A DNA stretch of 64,000 nt from Eledone cirrhosa (taxonomy: Eukaryota). The notes under the pieces are model-generated. The model ran no database searches, was not told the DNA's origin, and saw only the letters and a program-made list of their open reading frames with translations. The stretch lies in contig OZ024754.1 of the NCBI GenBank assembly GCA_964016885.1, forward strand, positions 25,978,001 through 26,042,000, in the 5' to 3' direction. Within the stretch, counting starts at the first letter, position 1. Every line of letters starts with the position of its first letter. Below are positions 1 to 15,000 of this stretch, piece after piece. Made by a program: the position numbers and the translations under genes.

Positions 1-3000
1 GACCTTCTGCTGTCCAGCTCTCCCTGAGAGTTTCTTCTCAGACGACCTGCTGCTGTCTAGCTCTCTCTGAGAGTTTCTTCTCAGACGACCTCCTGCTCTC
101 CAGCTCTCCTGAGAGTTTCTTCTCAGACGACCTGCTACTGTCCAGCTCTCGCTGAGAGTTTCTTCTCAGATAACCTGTTGCTGTCCAGCTCTCCTGAGAG
201 TTTCTTCTCAGACAACCTGCTGCTGTCCAGCTCTCACTGAGAGTTTCTTCTCAGACATCCTTCTGCTGTCCAGCTCTCCTGAGAGATTCTTCTCAGACGA
301 CTTTCTGCTGTCCACCTCTCCCTGAGAGTTTCTTCTCAGACGACCTTCTGCTGTCCAGCTCTCCCTGAGAGTTTCTACTTAGACAACCTTCTGTTGTCCA
401 GCTCTCACTGAGAGTTTCTTCTCAGACAACCTTCTGCTGTCCAGCTCTCCCTGAGAGTTTCTTCTCAGACGACCTTCTGCTGTCCAACTCTCCCTGAGAG
501 TTTCTTCTCAGACCACCTGCTGCTGTCCAGCTCTCCTGAGAGTTTCTTCTCAGACGACCTGCTGCTGTCCAGCTCTCCCTGAGAGTTTCTTCTCAGATAA
601 CCTGTTGCTGTCCAGCTCTCCTGAGAGTTTCTTCTCAGACAACCTGCTGCTGTCCACCTCTCCCTTAAAGTTTCTTCTCAGACAACCTGTGACTGTCCAA
701 CTCTTCTCAGAGATTCTTCTCTTAGGACCTTCTGCTGTCCACCTCTCCCTGAAAGTTTCTTCTCAGACGACCTTGTGCTGTCCAGCTCTCCCTGAGAGTT
801 TCTTCTCAGACGACCTTCTGCTGTCCAGCACTGCCTGAGAGTTTCTGCTGAGCCAAACTTCTACTGTCCAGCTCTCCTGAGAGTTTCTTCTCAGACGACC
901 TTCTACTGTCCAGCTCTCCCTGAGAGTTTCTTCTCAGACGACCTTCTGCTGTCCACCTCTCCCTGAGAGTTTCTTCTCAGACAACCTTCTGCTGTCCAGC
1001 TCTCCTGAGAGTTTCTTCTCAGAGGACCTTCTACTGTCCAGCTCTCCCTGAGAGTTTCTTCTCAGACGACCTTCTGCTGTCCACCTCTCCCTGAGAGTTT
1101 CTTCTCAGACAACCTTCTGCTGTCCAGCTCTCCTGAGAGTTTCTTCTCAGACGACTTTCTGCTGTCCACCTCTCCCTGAGAGTTTCTTCTCAGACAACCT
1201 GTGGCTCTCCAACTCTCCTCAGAGTTTCTTCTCTGAGGACCTTCTGCTGTCCAGCTCTCCCTGAGAGTTTCTTCTCAGACGACCTTCTGCTGTCCAGTTC
1301 TCCCTGAGAGTTTCTTCTCAGACGACCTGCTGCTGTCCATCTCTCTCTGAGAGTTTCTTCTCAGATAACCTGTTGCTGTCCAGCTCTCCTGAGAGTTTCT
1401 TCTCAGACAACCTGCTGCTGTCCACCTCTCCCTGAGAGTTTCTTCTCAGACAACCTTCTGCTGTCCAGCTCTCCTGAGAGTTTCTTCTCAGAGGAACTTC
1501 TGTTGTGCACCTCTCCCTGAGAGTTTCTTCTCAGACAACCTGTGACTGTCCAACTCTCTCTGAGAGTTTCTTCTCAGATAACCTGTTGCTGTCCAGCTCT
1601 CCTGAGAGTTTCTTCTCAGACAACCTGCTGCTGTCCACCTCTCCCTGAGAGTTTCTTCTCAGACAACCTTCTGCTGTCCAGCTCTCCTGAGAGTTTCTTC
1701 TCAGAGGACCTTCTGCTGTCCAGTTCTCCCTGAGAGTTTCTTCTCAGACGACCTGCTGCTGTCCATCTCTCTCTGAGAGTTTCTTCTCAGATAACCTGTT
1801 GCTGTCCAGCTCTCCTGAGAGTTTCTTCTCAGACAACCTGCTGCTGTCCACCTCTCCCTGAGAGTTTCTTCTCAGACGATCTTCTGCTGTCCAGCTCTCC
1901 CTGAGAGTTTCTTCTCAGACGACCTTCTGCTGTCCAGTTCTCCATGAGAATTTCTTCTCAGACGACCTTCTGCTGTCCAGCACTGCCTGAGAGTTTCTGC
2001 TGAGACAAACTTCTACTGTCCAGCTCTCCTGAGAGTTTCTTCTCAGATGTCCTGCTGCTGTCCACCTCTCCTGAGAGTTTCTTCTCAGACAACCTGCTGC
2101 TGTCCACCTCTCCAGAGAGTTTCTTCTCAGACAACCTGCTGCTGTCCACCTCTCCTGAGAGTTTCTTCTCTGACAACCTGCTGTTGTCCACCTCTCCTGA
2201 GATTTCTTCTCAGACAACCTTCTGCTGTCCAGCTCTCCCTGAGAGTTTCTTCTCAGACAACCTTCTACTGTCCAGCTCTCCTGAGAGTTTCTTCTCAGAC
2301 AACCTGCTACTGTCCAGCTCTCCTGAAAGTTTCTTCTCAGACAACCTTCTGCTGTCCAGCTCTCCTGAGAGTTTCTTCTCAGACAACCTGCTGCTGTCCA
2401 CCTCTCCTGAGAGTTTCTTCTCAGACAACCTACTGCTGTCCACCTCTCCTGAGAGTTTCTTCTCAGACAACCTTCTGCTGTCCAGCTCTCGCTGAGAGTT
2501 TCTTCTCAGACGACTTTCTGCTGTCCACCTCTGCCTGAGATTTTCTTCTCAGACAACCTGTGGCTGTCCAACTCTCCTCAGAGTTTCTTCTCAGACGAGC
2601 TTCTGCTGTCCAGCTCTCCCTGAGAGTTTCTTCTCAGACGACCTCCTGCTGTCCAGCTCTCCTGAGAGTTTCTTCTCAGACGACCTGCTGCTGTCCAGCT
2701 CTCCCTGAGAGTTTCTTCTCAGACAACCTGTTGCTGTCCAGCTCTCCTGAGAGTTTATTCTCAGACAACCTGCTGCTGTCCACCTCTCCCTGAGAGTTTC
2801 TTCTCAGACAAACCTCTGCTGTCCAGCTCTCCTGAGAGTTTCTTCTCAGACAACCTTCTGCTGTCCACCTCACTTGAGAGTTTCATCTCAGACAACCTGT
2901 GACTGTCCAACTCTCCTCAGAGTTTCTTCTCTTAGGACCTTCTGCTGTCCAGCTCTCCCTGAGAGTTTCTTCTCAGACAACCTGTTGCTGTCCAGCTCTC

Positions 3001-6000
3001 CTGAGAGTTTCTTCTCAGACAACCTGCTGCTGTCCACCTCTCCCTGAGAGTTTCTTCTCAGACAACCCTCTGCTGTCCAGCGCTCCTGAGAGTTTCTTCT
3101 CAGACGACCTTCTGCTGTCCAGCTCTCCCTGAGAGTTTCTTCTCAGACGACCTTCTGCTGTCCAGCACTGCCTCAGAGTTTCTGCTGAGACAAACTTCTG
3201 CTTTCCACCTCTCCTGAGAGTTTCTTCTCAAACAACCTGTTGCTGTCCACCTCTCCCTGAGAGTTTCTTCTCAGACAACCTGCTGCTTTCCACCTCTCCT
3301 GAGAGTTTCTTCTCAGACAACCTTCTGCTGTCCAGCTCTCCTGAGAGTTTCTCCTCAGACGACCATCTGCTGTCCACCTCTCCTGAGAGTTTCTTCTTAG
3401 ACAACCTTCTGCTGTCCACCTGTCATGAGAGTTTCTTCTCAGACGACCTTCTGCTGTCCAGCTCTCCCTGAGAGTTTCTTCTCAGACGACCTGCTGCTGT
3501 CCAGCTCTCCCTCGGAGTTTCTTCTCAGACAACCTTCTGCTGTCCTGCTCTCCTGGGAGTTTCTTCTCAGACGACCTTCTGCTGTCCACCTCTCCTGAAA
3601 GTTTCTTCACAGATAACCTTCTGCTGTCCACCTCTCCTGAGAGTTTCTTCTCAGACAACCTGTGGCTGTCCACCTCTCCTGAGAGTTTCTTCTCAGACAG
3701 CCTTCTGCTGTCCACCTCTCCTCAAAGTTTCTTCACAGATAACCTTCTGCTGTCCACCTCTCTTGAGAGTTTCTTCTCAGACAACCTGTGGCTGTCCACC
3801 TCTCCTGAGAGTTTCTTCTCAGACAACCTTCTGCTGTCCAGCTCACCCTGAGATTTTCTTCTCAGACAACCTTCTGCTGTCCAGCTCTCCTGAGAGTTTC
3901 TTCTCAGACAACCTGCTGCTGTCCACCTCTCCTGAGAGTTTCTTCTCAGACAACCTGCTGCTGTCCACCTCTCCTGAGAGTTTCTTCTCAGACGACCTGC
4001 TGTTGTCCACCTCTCCTGAGAGTTTCTTCTCAGACAACCTGCTGCTGTCCACCTCTCCTGAGAGTTTCTTCTCAGACAACCTTCTGCTGTCCACCTCTCC
4101 TGCGAGGTTCTTCTCAGATAACCTTCTGCTGTCCAGCTCTCCTGAGAGTTTCTTCTCAGACAACCTTCTGCTGTCCAGCTCTCCTGAGAGTTTCTTCTCA
4201 GACAACCTACTACTGTCCAGCTCTCCTGAAAGTTTCTTCTCAGACAACCTTCTGCTGTCCAGCTCTCCCTGAGAGTTTCTTCTCAGACGACCATCTGCTG
4301 TCCACCTCTCCTGAGAGTTTCTTCTCATACAACCTTCTGCTGTCCACCTCTCCTGAGAGTTTCTTCTCAGTCGACCTTCTGCTGTCCAGCTCTCCTGAGA
4401 GTTTCTTCTCAGACAACCTGCTGCTGTCCACCTCTCCTGAGAGTTTCTTCTCAGACAACCTTCTGCTGTCCAGCTCTCCCTGAGAGTTTCTTCTTAGACA
4501 ACCTTCTGCTGTCCAGCTCTCACTGAGAGTTTCTTCTCAGACAACCTTCTGCTGTCCAGCTCTCCTGAGAGTTTCTTCTCAGACGACTTTCTGCTGTCCA
4601 CCTCTCCCTTAGAGTTTCTTCTCAGACAGCCTGTGGCTGTCCAACTCTCCTCAGAGTTTCTTCTCTGAGGACATTCTGCTGTCCAGCTCTCCCTGAGAGT
4701 TTCTTCTCAGAAGACCTTCTGCTGTCCAGCTCTCCCTGAGAGTTTCTTCTCAGACGACCTGCTGCTGTCTAGCTCTCCCTGAGAGTTTTTTCTCAGACGA
4801 CCTCCTGCTCTCCAGCTCTCCTGAGAGTTTCTTCTCAGACGACCTGCTACTGTCCAGCTCTCGCTGAGAGTTTCTTCTCAGATAACCTGTTGCTGTCCAG
4901 CTCTCCTGAGAGTTTCTTCTCAGACAACCTGCTGCTGTCCAGCTCTCACTGAGAGTTTCTTCTCAGACAACCTTCTGCTGTCCAGCTCTCCTGAGAGATT
5001 CTTCTCAGACGACTTTCTGCTGTCCACCTCTCCCTGAGAGTTTCTTCTCGGACGACGTTCTGCTGTCCAGCTCTCCCTGAGGGTTTCTTCTCAGACAACC
5101 TTCTGCTGTCCAGCTCTCCTGAGAGTTTCTTCTCAGACGACTTTTTGCTGTCCACCTCTCCCTGAGAGTTTCTTCTCAGACAACCTTCTGCTGTCCAGCT
5201 CTCCCTGAGAGTTTCTTCTCAGACGACCATCTGCTGTCCACCTCTCCTGAGAGTTTCTTCTCATACAACCTTCTGCTGTCCAGCTCTCCCTGAGAGTTTC
5301 TTCTCAGACGACCATCTGCTGTCCACCTCTCCTGAGAGTTTCTTCTCATACAACCTTCTGCTGTCCACCTCTCCTGAGAGTTTCTTCTCATTCGACCTTC
5401 TGCTGTCCAGCTCTCCTGAGAGTTTCTTCTCAGACAACCTGCTGCTGTCCACCTCTCCTGAGAGTTTCTTCTCAGACAACCTTCTGTTGTCCAGCTCTCA
5501 CTGAGAGTTTCTTCTCAGACAACCTTCTGCTGTCCAGCTCTCCCTGAGAGTTTCTTCTCAGACGACCTTCTGCTGTCCAACTCTCCCTGAGAGTTTCTTC
5601 TCAGACCACCTGCTGCTGTCCAGCTCTCCTGAGAGTTTCTTCTCAGACGACCTGCTGCTGTCCAGCTCTCCCTGAGAGTTTCTTCTCAGATAACCTGTTG
5701 CTGTCCAGCTCTCCTGAGAGTTTCTTCTCAGACAACCTGTGACTGTCCAACTCTTCTCAGAGTTTCTTCTCTTAGGACCTTCTGCTGTCCACCTCTCCCT
5801 GAAAGTTTCTTCTCAGACGACCTTCTGCTGTCCAGCTCTCCCTGAGAGTTTCTTCTCAGACGACCTTCTGCTGTCCAGCACTGCCTGAGAGTTTCTGCTG
5901 AGCCAAACTTCTACTGTCCAGCTCTCCTGAGAGTTTCTTCTCAGACGACCTTCTACTGTCCAGCTCTCCCTGAGAGTTTCTTCTCAGACAACCTTCTGCT

Positions 6001-9000
6001 GTCCAGCTCTCCTGAGAGTTTCTTCTCAGAGGACCTTCTACTGTCCAGCTCTCCCTGAGAGTTTCTTCTCAGACGACCTTCTGCTGTCCACCTCTCCCTG
6101 AGAGTTTCTTCTCAGACAACCTTCTGCTGTCCAGCTCTCCTGAGAGTTTCTTCTCAGACGACTTTTTGCTGTCCACCTCTCCCTGAGAGTTTCTTCTCAG
6201 ACAACCTGTGGCTCTCCAACTCTCCTCAGAGTTTCTTCTCTGAGGACCTTCTGCTGTCCAGCTCTCCCTGAGAGTTTCTTCTCAGACGACCTTCTGCTGT
6301 CCAGCTCTCCCTGAGAGTTTCTTCTCAGACGACCTGCTGCTGTCCATCTCTCTCTGAGAGTTTCTTCTCAGATAACCTGTTGCTGTCCAGCTCTCCTGAG
6401 AGTTTCTTCTCAGACAACCTGCTGCTATCCAGCTCTCCTGAGAGTTTCTTCTCAGAGGAACTTCTGTTGTGCACCTCTCCCTGAGAGTTTCTTCTCAGAC
6501 AACCTGTGACTGTCCAACTCTCCACAGAGTTTCTTCTCTTAGGACCTTCTGCTGTCCAGCTCTCCCTGAGAGTTTCTTCTCAGACGACCTTCTGCTGTCC
6601 AGCTCTCCCTGAGAGTTTCTTCTCAGACGACCTTCTGCTGTCCAGTTCTCCATGAGAATTTCTTCTCAGACGACCTTCTGCTGTCCAGCACTGCCTGAGA
6701 GTTTCTGCTGAGACAAACTTCTACTGTCCAGCTCTCCTGAGAGTTTCTTCTCAGATGTCCTGCTGCTGTCCACTTCTCCTGAGAGTTTCTTCTCAGACAA
6801 CCTGTTGCTGTCCACCTATCCATGAGACTTTCTTCTCAGACAACCTGCTGCTGTCCACCTCTCCTGAGAGTTTCTTCTCAGACAACCTGCTGCTGTCCAG
6901 CTCTCCCTGAGAGTTTCTTCTCAGACAACCTGCTGCTGTCCACCTCTCCTGAGAGTTTTTTCTCAGACAACTTGCTCTCATCCTCTCCTGAGAGTTTCTT
7001 CTCAGACAACCTTCTGCTGTCCAGCTCTCCCTGTGAGTTTCTTCTCAGACGACCTGCTGCTGTCCAGCTCTCCCTGAGAGTTTCTTCCCAGACAACCTTC
7101 TGCTGTCCAGCTCTCCCCAGAGTTTCTTCTCAGACGACTTTCTGCTGTCCACCTCTCCCTGAGAGTTTCTTCTCAGACAACCTGTGGCTGTCCAACTCTC
7201 CTCAGAGTTTCTTCTCTGAGGACCATCTGCTGTCCAGCTCTCCCTGAGAGTTTCTTCTCAGACAACCTTCTGCTGTCCACCTCTCCTGAGAGTTTCTTCT
7301 CAGACAACCTTCTGCTGTCCAGCTCTCCTGAGAGTTTCTTCTTAGACGAGCTTCAGCTGTCAAGCTCTCCTGAGAGTTTCTTCTCTGACAACCTTCTGCT
7401 GTCCACCTCTCCTGAGAGTTTCTTCTCAGACAACCTTCTGCTGTCCAGCTCTCCCTGAGAGTTTCTTCTCAGACGACCTTCTGCTGTTCACTTCTCCTCA
7501 CAGTTTCTTCTCAGACAACCTGCTGCTGTCCACCTCTCCTGAGAGTTTCTTCTCAGACAAGCTTCTGCTGTCCACATCTCCCTGAGAGTTTCTTCTCAGA
7601 CGACCATCTGTGGTCCAGCTCTCCCTGAGAGCTTCTTCACAGACAACCTTCTGCTGTCCAGCTCTCCTGAGAGTTTCTTCTCAGACAACCTGCTGCTGTC
7701 CACCTCTCCTGAGACTTTCTTCTCAGACAACCTTCTGCTGTCCAGCTCTCCCTGAGAGTTTCTTTTCAGACGACCTGCTGCCGTCCAGCTCTCCCTGAGA
7801 GTTTCTTCTCAGACAACCTTCTGCTGTCCAGCTCTCCTGAGAGTTTCTTCTTAGACGACCTTCTGCTGTCCACCTCTCACTGAGAGTTTCTTCTCAGACA
7901 ACCTGTGGCTGTCCAACACTCCTCAGAGTTTCTTCTCTGAGGACCTTCTGCTGTCCAGCTCTCCCTGAGAGTTTCTTCTCAGACGACCTTCTGCTGTCCA
8001 GCTCTCCTGTGAGTGTCTTCTCAGACAACCTGCCGCTGTCCACCTCTCCTGAGAGTTTCTTCTCAGACAACCTTCTGCTGTCCAGCTCTCCTGAGAGTTT
8101 CTTCTCAGACAACCTTTTGCTGTCCAGCTCTCCTGAGAGTTTCTTCTCAGACAACCTGCTTCTTTCCACCTCTCCTGAGAGTTTCTTCTCAGACAACCTT
8201 CTGCTGTCCACCTCTCCTGAGAGTTTCTTCTTAGACGAGCTTCAGCTGTCAAGCTCTCCTGAGAGTTTCTTCTCAGACAACCTTCTGCTGTCCACCTCTC
8301 CTGAGAGTTTCTTCTCAGACAACCTGCTGCCGTCCACCTTTCCTGAGAGTTTCTTCTCAGACAACCTGCTGCTGTCCACCTCTCCTGAGAGTTTCTTCTC
8401 AGGCAACCTGCTGCTTTCCACCTCTCCTGAGAGTTTCTTCTCAGACAACCTTCTGCTGTCCACCTCTCCTGAGAGTTTCTTCTTAGACGACCTTCTGCTG
8501 TCCAGCTCTCCTGAGAGTTTCTTCTCAGACAACCTGCTGCTTTCCACCTCTCCTGAGAGTTTCTTCTCAGACAACCTTCTGCTGTCCACCTCTCCTGAGA
8601 GTTTCTTCTCAGACAACCTTCTGCTGTCCAGCTCTCCTGAGAGTTTCTTCTTAGACGAGCTTCAGCTGTCAAGCTCTCCTGAGAGTTTCTTCTCAGACAA
8701 CCTGCTGCTTTCCACCTCTCCTGAGAGTTTCTTCTCAGACAACCTTCTGCTGTCCACCTCTCCTGAGAGTTTCTTCTCAGACAACCTTCTGCTGTCCAGC
8801 TCTCCCTGAGAGTTTCTTCTCAGACGACCTTCTGCTGTTCACTTCTCCTGACAGTTTCTTCTCAGACAACCTGCTGCTTTCCACCTCTCCTGAGAGTTTC
8901 TTCTCAGACGACCTTCTGCTGTCCAGCTCTACTGAGAGTTTCTTCTCAGACGACCTTCTGCTGTCCAGCTCTCCTGAGAGTTTCTTCTCAGACGACCATC

Positions 9001-12000
9001 TGTGGTCCAGCTCTCCCTGAGAGCTTCTTCACAGACAACCTTCTGCTGTCCAGCTCTCCTGAGAGTTTCTTCTCAGACAACCTGCTGCTGTCCACCTCTC
9101 CTGAGACTTTCTTCTCAGACAACCTGTTGCTGTCCAGCTCTCCCGGATAGATTCTTCTCAGACAACCTGCTGCTGTCCACCTCTCCTGAGAGTATCTTCT
9201 CAGACAACCTTCTGCTGTCCAGCTCTCCCTGAGAGTTTCTTTTCAGACGACCTGCTGCCGTCCAGTTCTCCCTGAGAGTTTCTTCTCAGACAACCTTCTG
9301 CTGTCCAGCTCTCCTGAGAGTTTCTTCTTAGACGACCTTCTGCTGTCCACCTCTCACTGAGAGTTTCTTCTCAGACAACCTGTGGCTGTCCAACTCTCCT
9401 CAGAGTTTCTTCTCCAACGACCTTCTGCTGTCCAGCTCTCCCTGAGAGTTTCTTCTCAGACGACCTTCTGCTGTCCAGCTCTCCTGTGAGTGTCTTCTCA
9501 GACAACCTGCCGCTGTCCACCTCTCCTGAGAGTTTCTTCTCAGACAACCTTCTGCTGTCCAGCTCTCCTGAGAGTTTCTTCTCAGACAACGTTTTGCTGT
9601 CCAGCTCTCCTGAGAGTTTCTTCTCAGACAACCTGCTTCTTTCCACCTCTCCTGAGAGTTTCTTCTCAGACAACCTTCTGCTGTCCACCTCTCCTGAGAG
9701 TTTCTTCTCAGACAACCTTCTGCTGTCCAGCTCTCCTGAGAGTTTCTTCTTAGACGAGCTTCAGCTGTCAAGCTCTCCTGAGAGTTTCTTCTCAGACAAC
9801 CTGCTGCTGTCCACCTTTCCTGAGAGTTTCTTCTCAGACAACCTGCTGCTGTCCACCTCTCCTGAGAGTTTCTTCTCAGACAATCTTCTGCTGTCCAGCT
9901 CTCCTGAGAGTTTCTTCTCAAACAACCTTCTCCTGTCCACCTCTCCTGAGAGTTTCTTCTCAGACAACCTTCTGCTGTCCAGCTCTCCCTGAGAGTTTCT
10001 TCTCAGACGACCTTCTGCTGTTCACTTCTCCTGACAGTTTCTTCTCAGACAACCTGCTGCTGTCCACCTCTCCTGAGAGTTTCTTCTCAGACAAGCTTCT
10101 GCTGTCCACATCTCCCTGAGAGTTTCTTCTCAGACGACCTTCTGCTGTCCAGCTCTCCCTGAGAGTTTCTTCTCAGACAACCTTCTGCTGTCCAGCTCTC
10201 CTGAGAGTTTCTTCTCAGACAACCTTCTGCTGTCCAGCTCTCCTGAGAGTTTCTTCTCAGACAACCTTCTGCTTTCCACCTCACTTGAGAGTTTCTTCTC
10301 AGACAACTTGCTGCTGTCCACCTCTCCTGAGAGTTTCTTCTCAGACGACCGTCTGTGGTCCAGCTCTCCCTGAGAGTTTCTTCTCAGACAACCTTCTGCT
10401 GTCCAGCTCTCCTGAGAGTTTCTTCTCAGACAACCTGCTGCTGTCCACCTCTCCTGAGAGTTTCTTCTCAGACAACATGTTGCTGTCCATCTCTCCCCGA
10501 TAGTTTCTTCTGAGACAACCTTCTGCTGTCCACCTCTCCTGAGAGTATCTTCTCAGACAACCTGCTGCTATCCACCTCTCCTGAGAGTTTCTTCTTAGAC
10601 AACCTTCTGCTGTCCAGCTCTCCCTGAGAATTTCTTCTCAGACGACCTGCTGCTGTGCAGCTCTCCCTGAGAATTTCTTCTCAGACAACCTTCTGCTGTC
10701 CAGCTCTCCTGAGCGTTTCTTCTCAGACGACCTTCTGCTGTCCACCTCTCCCTGAGAGTTTCTTCTCAGACAACCTGTGGCTGTCCAACTCTCCTCAGAG
10801 TTTCTTCTCTGAGGACCTGCTCTCCAGCTCTCCCTGTGAGTTTCTTCTCAGACGACCTTCTGCTGTCCAGCTCTCCTGAGAGTTTCTTCTCAGACAACCT
10901 TCTGCTGTCCACCTCTCCTGAGAGTTTGTTCTCAGACAAACTGTTGCTGTCCAGCTCTCCCTGAGAGTTTCTTCTCAGACGACCTTCTGCTGTCCACCTC
11001 TCCTGAGAGTTTCTTCTCAGACAACCTGCTGCTGTCCACCTCTCCTGAGAGTTTCTTCTCAGACAACCTTCTGCTGTCCAGCTCTCCCTGAGAGTTTCTT
11101 CTCAGACAACCTTCTGCTGTCCACCTCTCCTGAGAGTTTCTTCTCAGACAACCTGCTGCTGTCCACCTCTCCTGAGAGTTTCTTCTCAGACAACCTGCTG
11201 CTGTCCAGCTCTCCCTGAGAGTTTCTTCTCAGACAACCTGCTGCTGTCCACCTCTCCTGAGAGTTTTTTCTCAGACAACTTGCTCTCATCCTCTCCTGAG
11301 AGTTTCTTCTCAGACAACCTTCTGCTGTCCAGCTCTCCCTGTGAGTTTCTTCTCAGACGACCTGCTGCTGTCCAGCTCTCCCTGAGAGTTTCTTCCCGGA
11401 CAACCTTCTGCTGTCCAGCTCTCCTCAGAGTTTCTTCTCAGACGACTTTCTGCTGTCCACCTCTCCCTGAGAGTTTCTTCTCAGACAACCTGTGGCTGTC
11501 CAACTCTCCTCAGAGTTTCTTCTCTGAGGACCTTCTGCTGTCCAGCTCTCCCTGAGAGTTTCTTCTCAGACGACCTTCTGCTGTCCAGCTCTCCCTGAGA
11601 GTTTCTTCTCAGACGACCTTCTGCTGTCCAGCTCTCCCTTAGAGTTTCTTCTCAGACAACCTTCTGCTGTCCATCTCTCCTGAGAGTTTCTTCTCAGACA
11701 GCCTTCTGCTGTCCACCTCTCCTGAACGTTTCTTCTCAGATAACCTTCTGCTGTCCTGAGAGTTTCTTCTCAGACAACCTTCTGCTGTCCAGCTCTCCTG
11801 AGTGTTTCTTCTCAGACAACCTTCTGCTGTCCAGCTCTCCTGAGAGTTTCTTCTCAGACAACCTGCTGCTGTCCACCTCTCCTGAGAGTTTCTTCTCAGA
11901 CAACCTTCTGCTGTCCACCTCTCCTGAGAGTTTCTTCTCAGACAACCTTCTGCCTTCCAGCTCTCCTGAGAGTTTCTTCTTAGACGACCTTCAGCTGTCC

Positions 12001-15000
12001 AGCTCTCCTGAGAGTTTCTTCTCAGACAACCTGCTGCTGTCCACCTTTCCTGAGAGTTTCTTCTCAGATAACCTGTGGCTGTCCAACTCTCCTCAGAGTT
12101 TCTTCTCTGAAGGACCTGCTCTCCAGCTCTCCCTGAGAGTTTCTTCTCCGACGACCTTCTGATCTCCAGCTCTCCCTGTGAATTTCTTCTCAGACGACCT
12201 TCTGCTGTCCAGCTCTCCCTGAGAGTTTCTTCTCAGACGACCTTCTGCTGTCCAGCTCTCCCTGAGAGTTTCTTCTCCGACGACCTTCTGCTGTCCAGCT
12301 CTCCCTGTGAGTTTCTTCTCAGACGACCTTCTGCTGTCCAGCTCTCCCTGAGAATTTCTTCTCAGACAACCTGCTGCTGTCCACCTCTCCTGAGAGTTTC
12401 TTTTCTGACAACCTTCTGCTGTCCAGCTCTCCTGAGAGTTTCTTTTCAGACAACCTTCTGCTGTCCAGCTCTCCTGAGAGTTTCTTCTCAGACAACCTTC
12501 TGCTGTCCACCTCTCCTGAGAGTTTCTTCTCAGACAAACTGATGCTGTCCAGCTCTCCCTGAGAGTTTCTTCTCAGACGACCTTCTGCTGTCCACCTCTC
12601 CTGAGAGTTTCTTCTCAGACAACCTTCTGCTGTCCAGCTCTCCTGAGAGTTTCTTCTCAGACAACCTGCTGCTTTCCACCTCTCCTGAGAGTTTCTTCTC
12701 AGACAACCTTCTGCTGTCCACCTCTCCTGAGAGTTTCTTCTCAGACAACCTTCTGCTGTCCAGCTCTCCCTGAGAGTTTCTTCTCAGACGACCTTCTGCT
12801 GTTCACTTATCCTGACAGTTTCTTCTCAGACAACCTGCTGCTGTCCACCTCTCCTGAAAGTTTCTTCTCAGACAAGCTTCTGCTGTCCACATCTCCCTGA
12901 GAGTTTCTTCTCAGACGACCTTCTGCTGTCCAGCTCTACTGAGAGTTTCTTCTCAGACAACCTTCTGCTGTCCAGCTCTCCTGAGAGTTTCTTCTCAGAC
13001 AACCTTCTGCTGTCCAGCTCTCCTGAGAGTTTCTTCTCAGACAACCTTCTGCTTTCCACCTCACTTGAGAGTTTCTTCTCAGACAACTTGCTGCTGTCCA
13101 CCTCTCCTGAGAGTTTCTTCTCAGACGACCGTCTGTGGTCCAGCTCTCCCGGAGAGTTTCTTCTCAGACAACCTTCTGCTGTCCAGCTCTCCTGAGAGTT
13201 TCTTCTCAGACAACCTGCTGCTGTCCACCTCTCCTGAGAGTTTCTTCTCAGACAACATGTTGCTGTCCAGCTCTCCCGGATAGTTTCTTCTCAGACAACC
13301 TTCTGCTGTCCACCTCTCCTGAGAGTATCTTCTCAGACAACCTGCTGCTGTCCACCTCTCCTCAGAGTTTCTTCTCCAACGACCTTCTGCTGTCCAGCTC
13401 TCCCTGAGAGTTTCTTCTCAGACGACCTTCTGCTGTCCAGCTCTCCTGTGAGTGTCTTCTCAGACAACCTGCCGCTGTCCACCTCTCCTGAGAGTTTCTT
13501 CTCAGACAACCTTCTGCTGTCCAGCTCTCCTGAGAGTTTCTTCTCAGACAACCTTTTGCTGTCCAGCTCCCCTGAGAGTTTCTTCTCAGACAACCTGCTT
13601 CTTTCCACCTCTCCTGAGAGATTCTTCTCAGACAACCTTCTGCTGTCCACCTCTCCTGAGAGTTTCTTCTCAGACAACCTTCTGCTGTCCAGCTCTCCTG
13701 AGAGTTTCTTCTTAGACGAGCTTCAGCTGTCAAGCTCTCCTGAGAGTTTCTTCTCAGACAACCTGCTGCTGTCCACCTTTCCTGAGAGTTTCTTCTCAGA
13801 CAACCTGCTGCTGTCCACCTCTCCTGAGAGTTTCTTCTCAGACAATCTTCTGCTGTCCAGCTCTCCTGAGAGTTTCTTCTCAAACAACCTTCTCCTGTCC
13901 ACCTCTCCTGAGAGTTTCTTCTCAGACAACCTTCTGCTGTCCAGCTCTCCCTGAGAGTTTCTTCTCAGACGACCTTCTGCTGTTCACTTCTCCTGACAGT
14001 TTCTTCTCAGACAACCTGCTGCTGTCCACCTCTCCTGAGAGTTTCTTCTCAGACAAGCTTCTGCTGTCCACATCTCCCTGAGAGTTTCTTCTCAGACGAC
14101 CTTCTGCTGTCCAGCTCTCCCTGAGAGTTTCTTCTCAGACAACCTTCTGCTGTCCAGCTCTCCTGAGAGTTTCTTCTCAGACAACCTTCTGCTGTCCAGC
14201 TCTCCTGAGAGTTTCTTCTCAGACAACCTTCTGCTTTCCACCTCACTTGAGAGTTTCTTCTCAGACAACTTGCTGCTGTCCACCTCTCCTGAGAGTTTCT
14301 TCTCAGACGACCGTCTGTGGTCCAGCTCTCCCTGACAGTTTCTTCTCAGACAACCTTCTGCTGTCCAGCTCTCCTGAGAGTTTCTTCTCAGACAACCTGC
14401 TGCTGTCCACCTCTCCTGAGAGTTTCTTCTCAGACAACATGTTGCTGTCCATCTCTCCCCGATAGTTTCTTCTCAGACAACCTTCTGCTGTCCACCTCTC
14501 CTGAGAGTATCTTCTCAGACAACCTGCTGCTATCCACCTCTCCTGAGAGTTTCTTCTTAGACAACCTTCTGCTGTCCAGCTCTCCCTGAGAGTTTCTTCT
14601 CAGACGACCTGCTGCTGTGCAGCTCTCCTTGAGAATTTCTTCTCAGACAACCTTCTGCTGTCCAGCTCTCCTGAGCGTTTCTTCTTAGACGACCTTCTGC
14701 TGTCCACCTCTCCCTGAGAGTTTCTTCTCAGACAACCTGTGGCTGTCCAACTCTCCTCAGAGTTTCTTCTCTGAGGACCTGCTGTCCAGCTCTTCCTGAG
14801 AGTTTCTTCTCTGACGACCTTCTGCTCTCCAGCTCTCCCTGTGAGTTTCTTCTCAGACGACCTTCTGCTGTCCAGCTCTCCTGAGAGTTTCTTCTCAGAC
14901 AACCTTCTGCTGTCCACCTCTCCTGAGAGTTTGTTCTCAGACAAACTGTTGCTGTCCAGCTCTCCCTGAGAGTTTCTTCTCAGACGACCTTCTGCTGTCC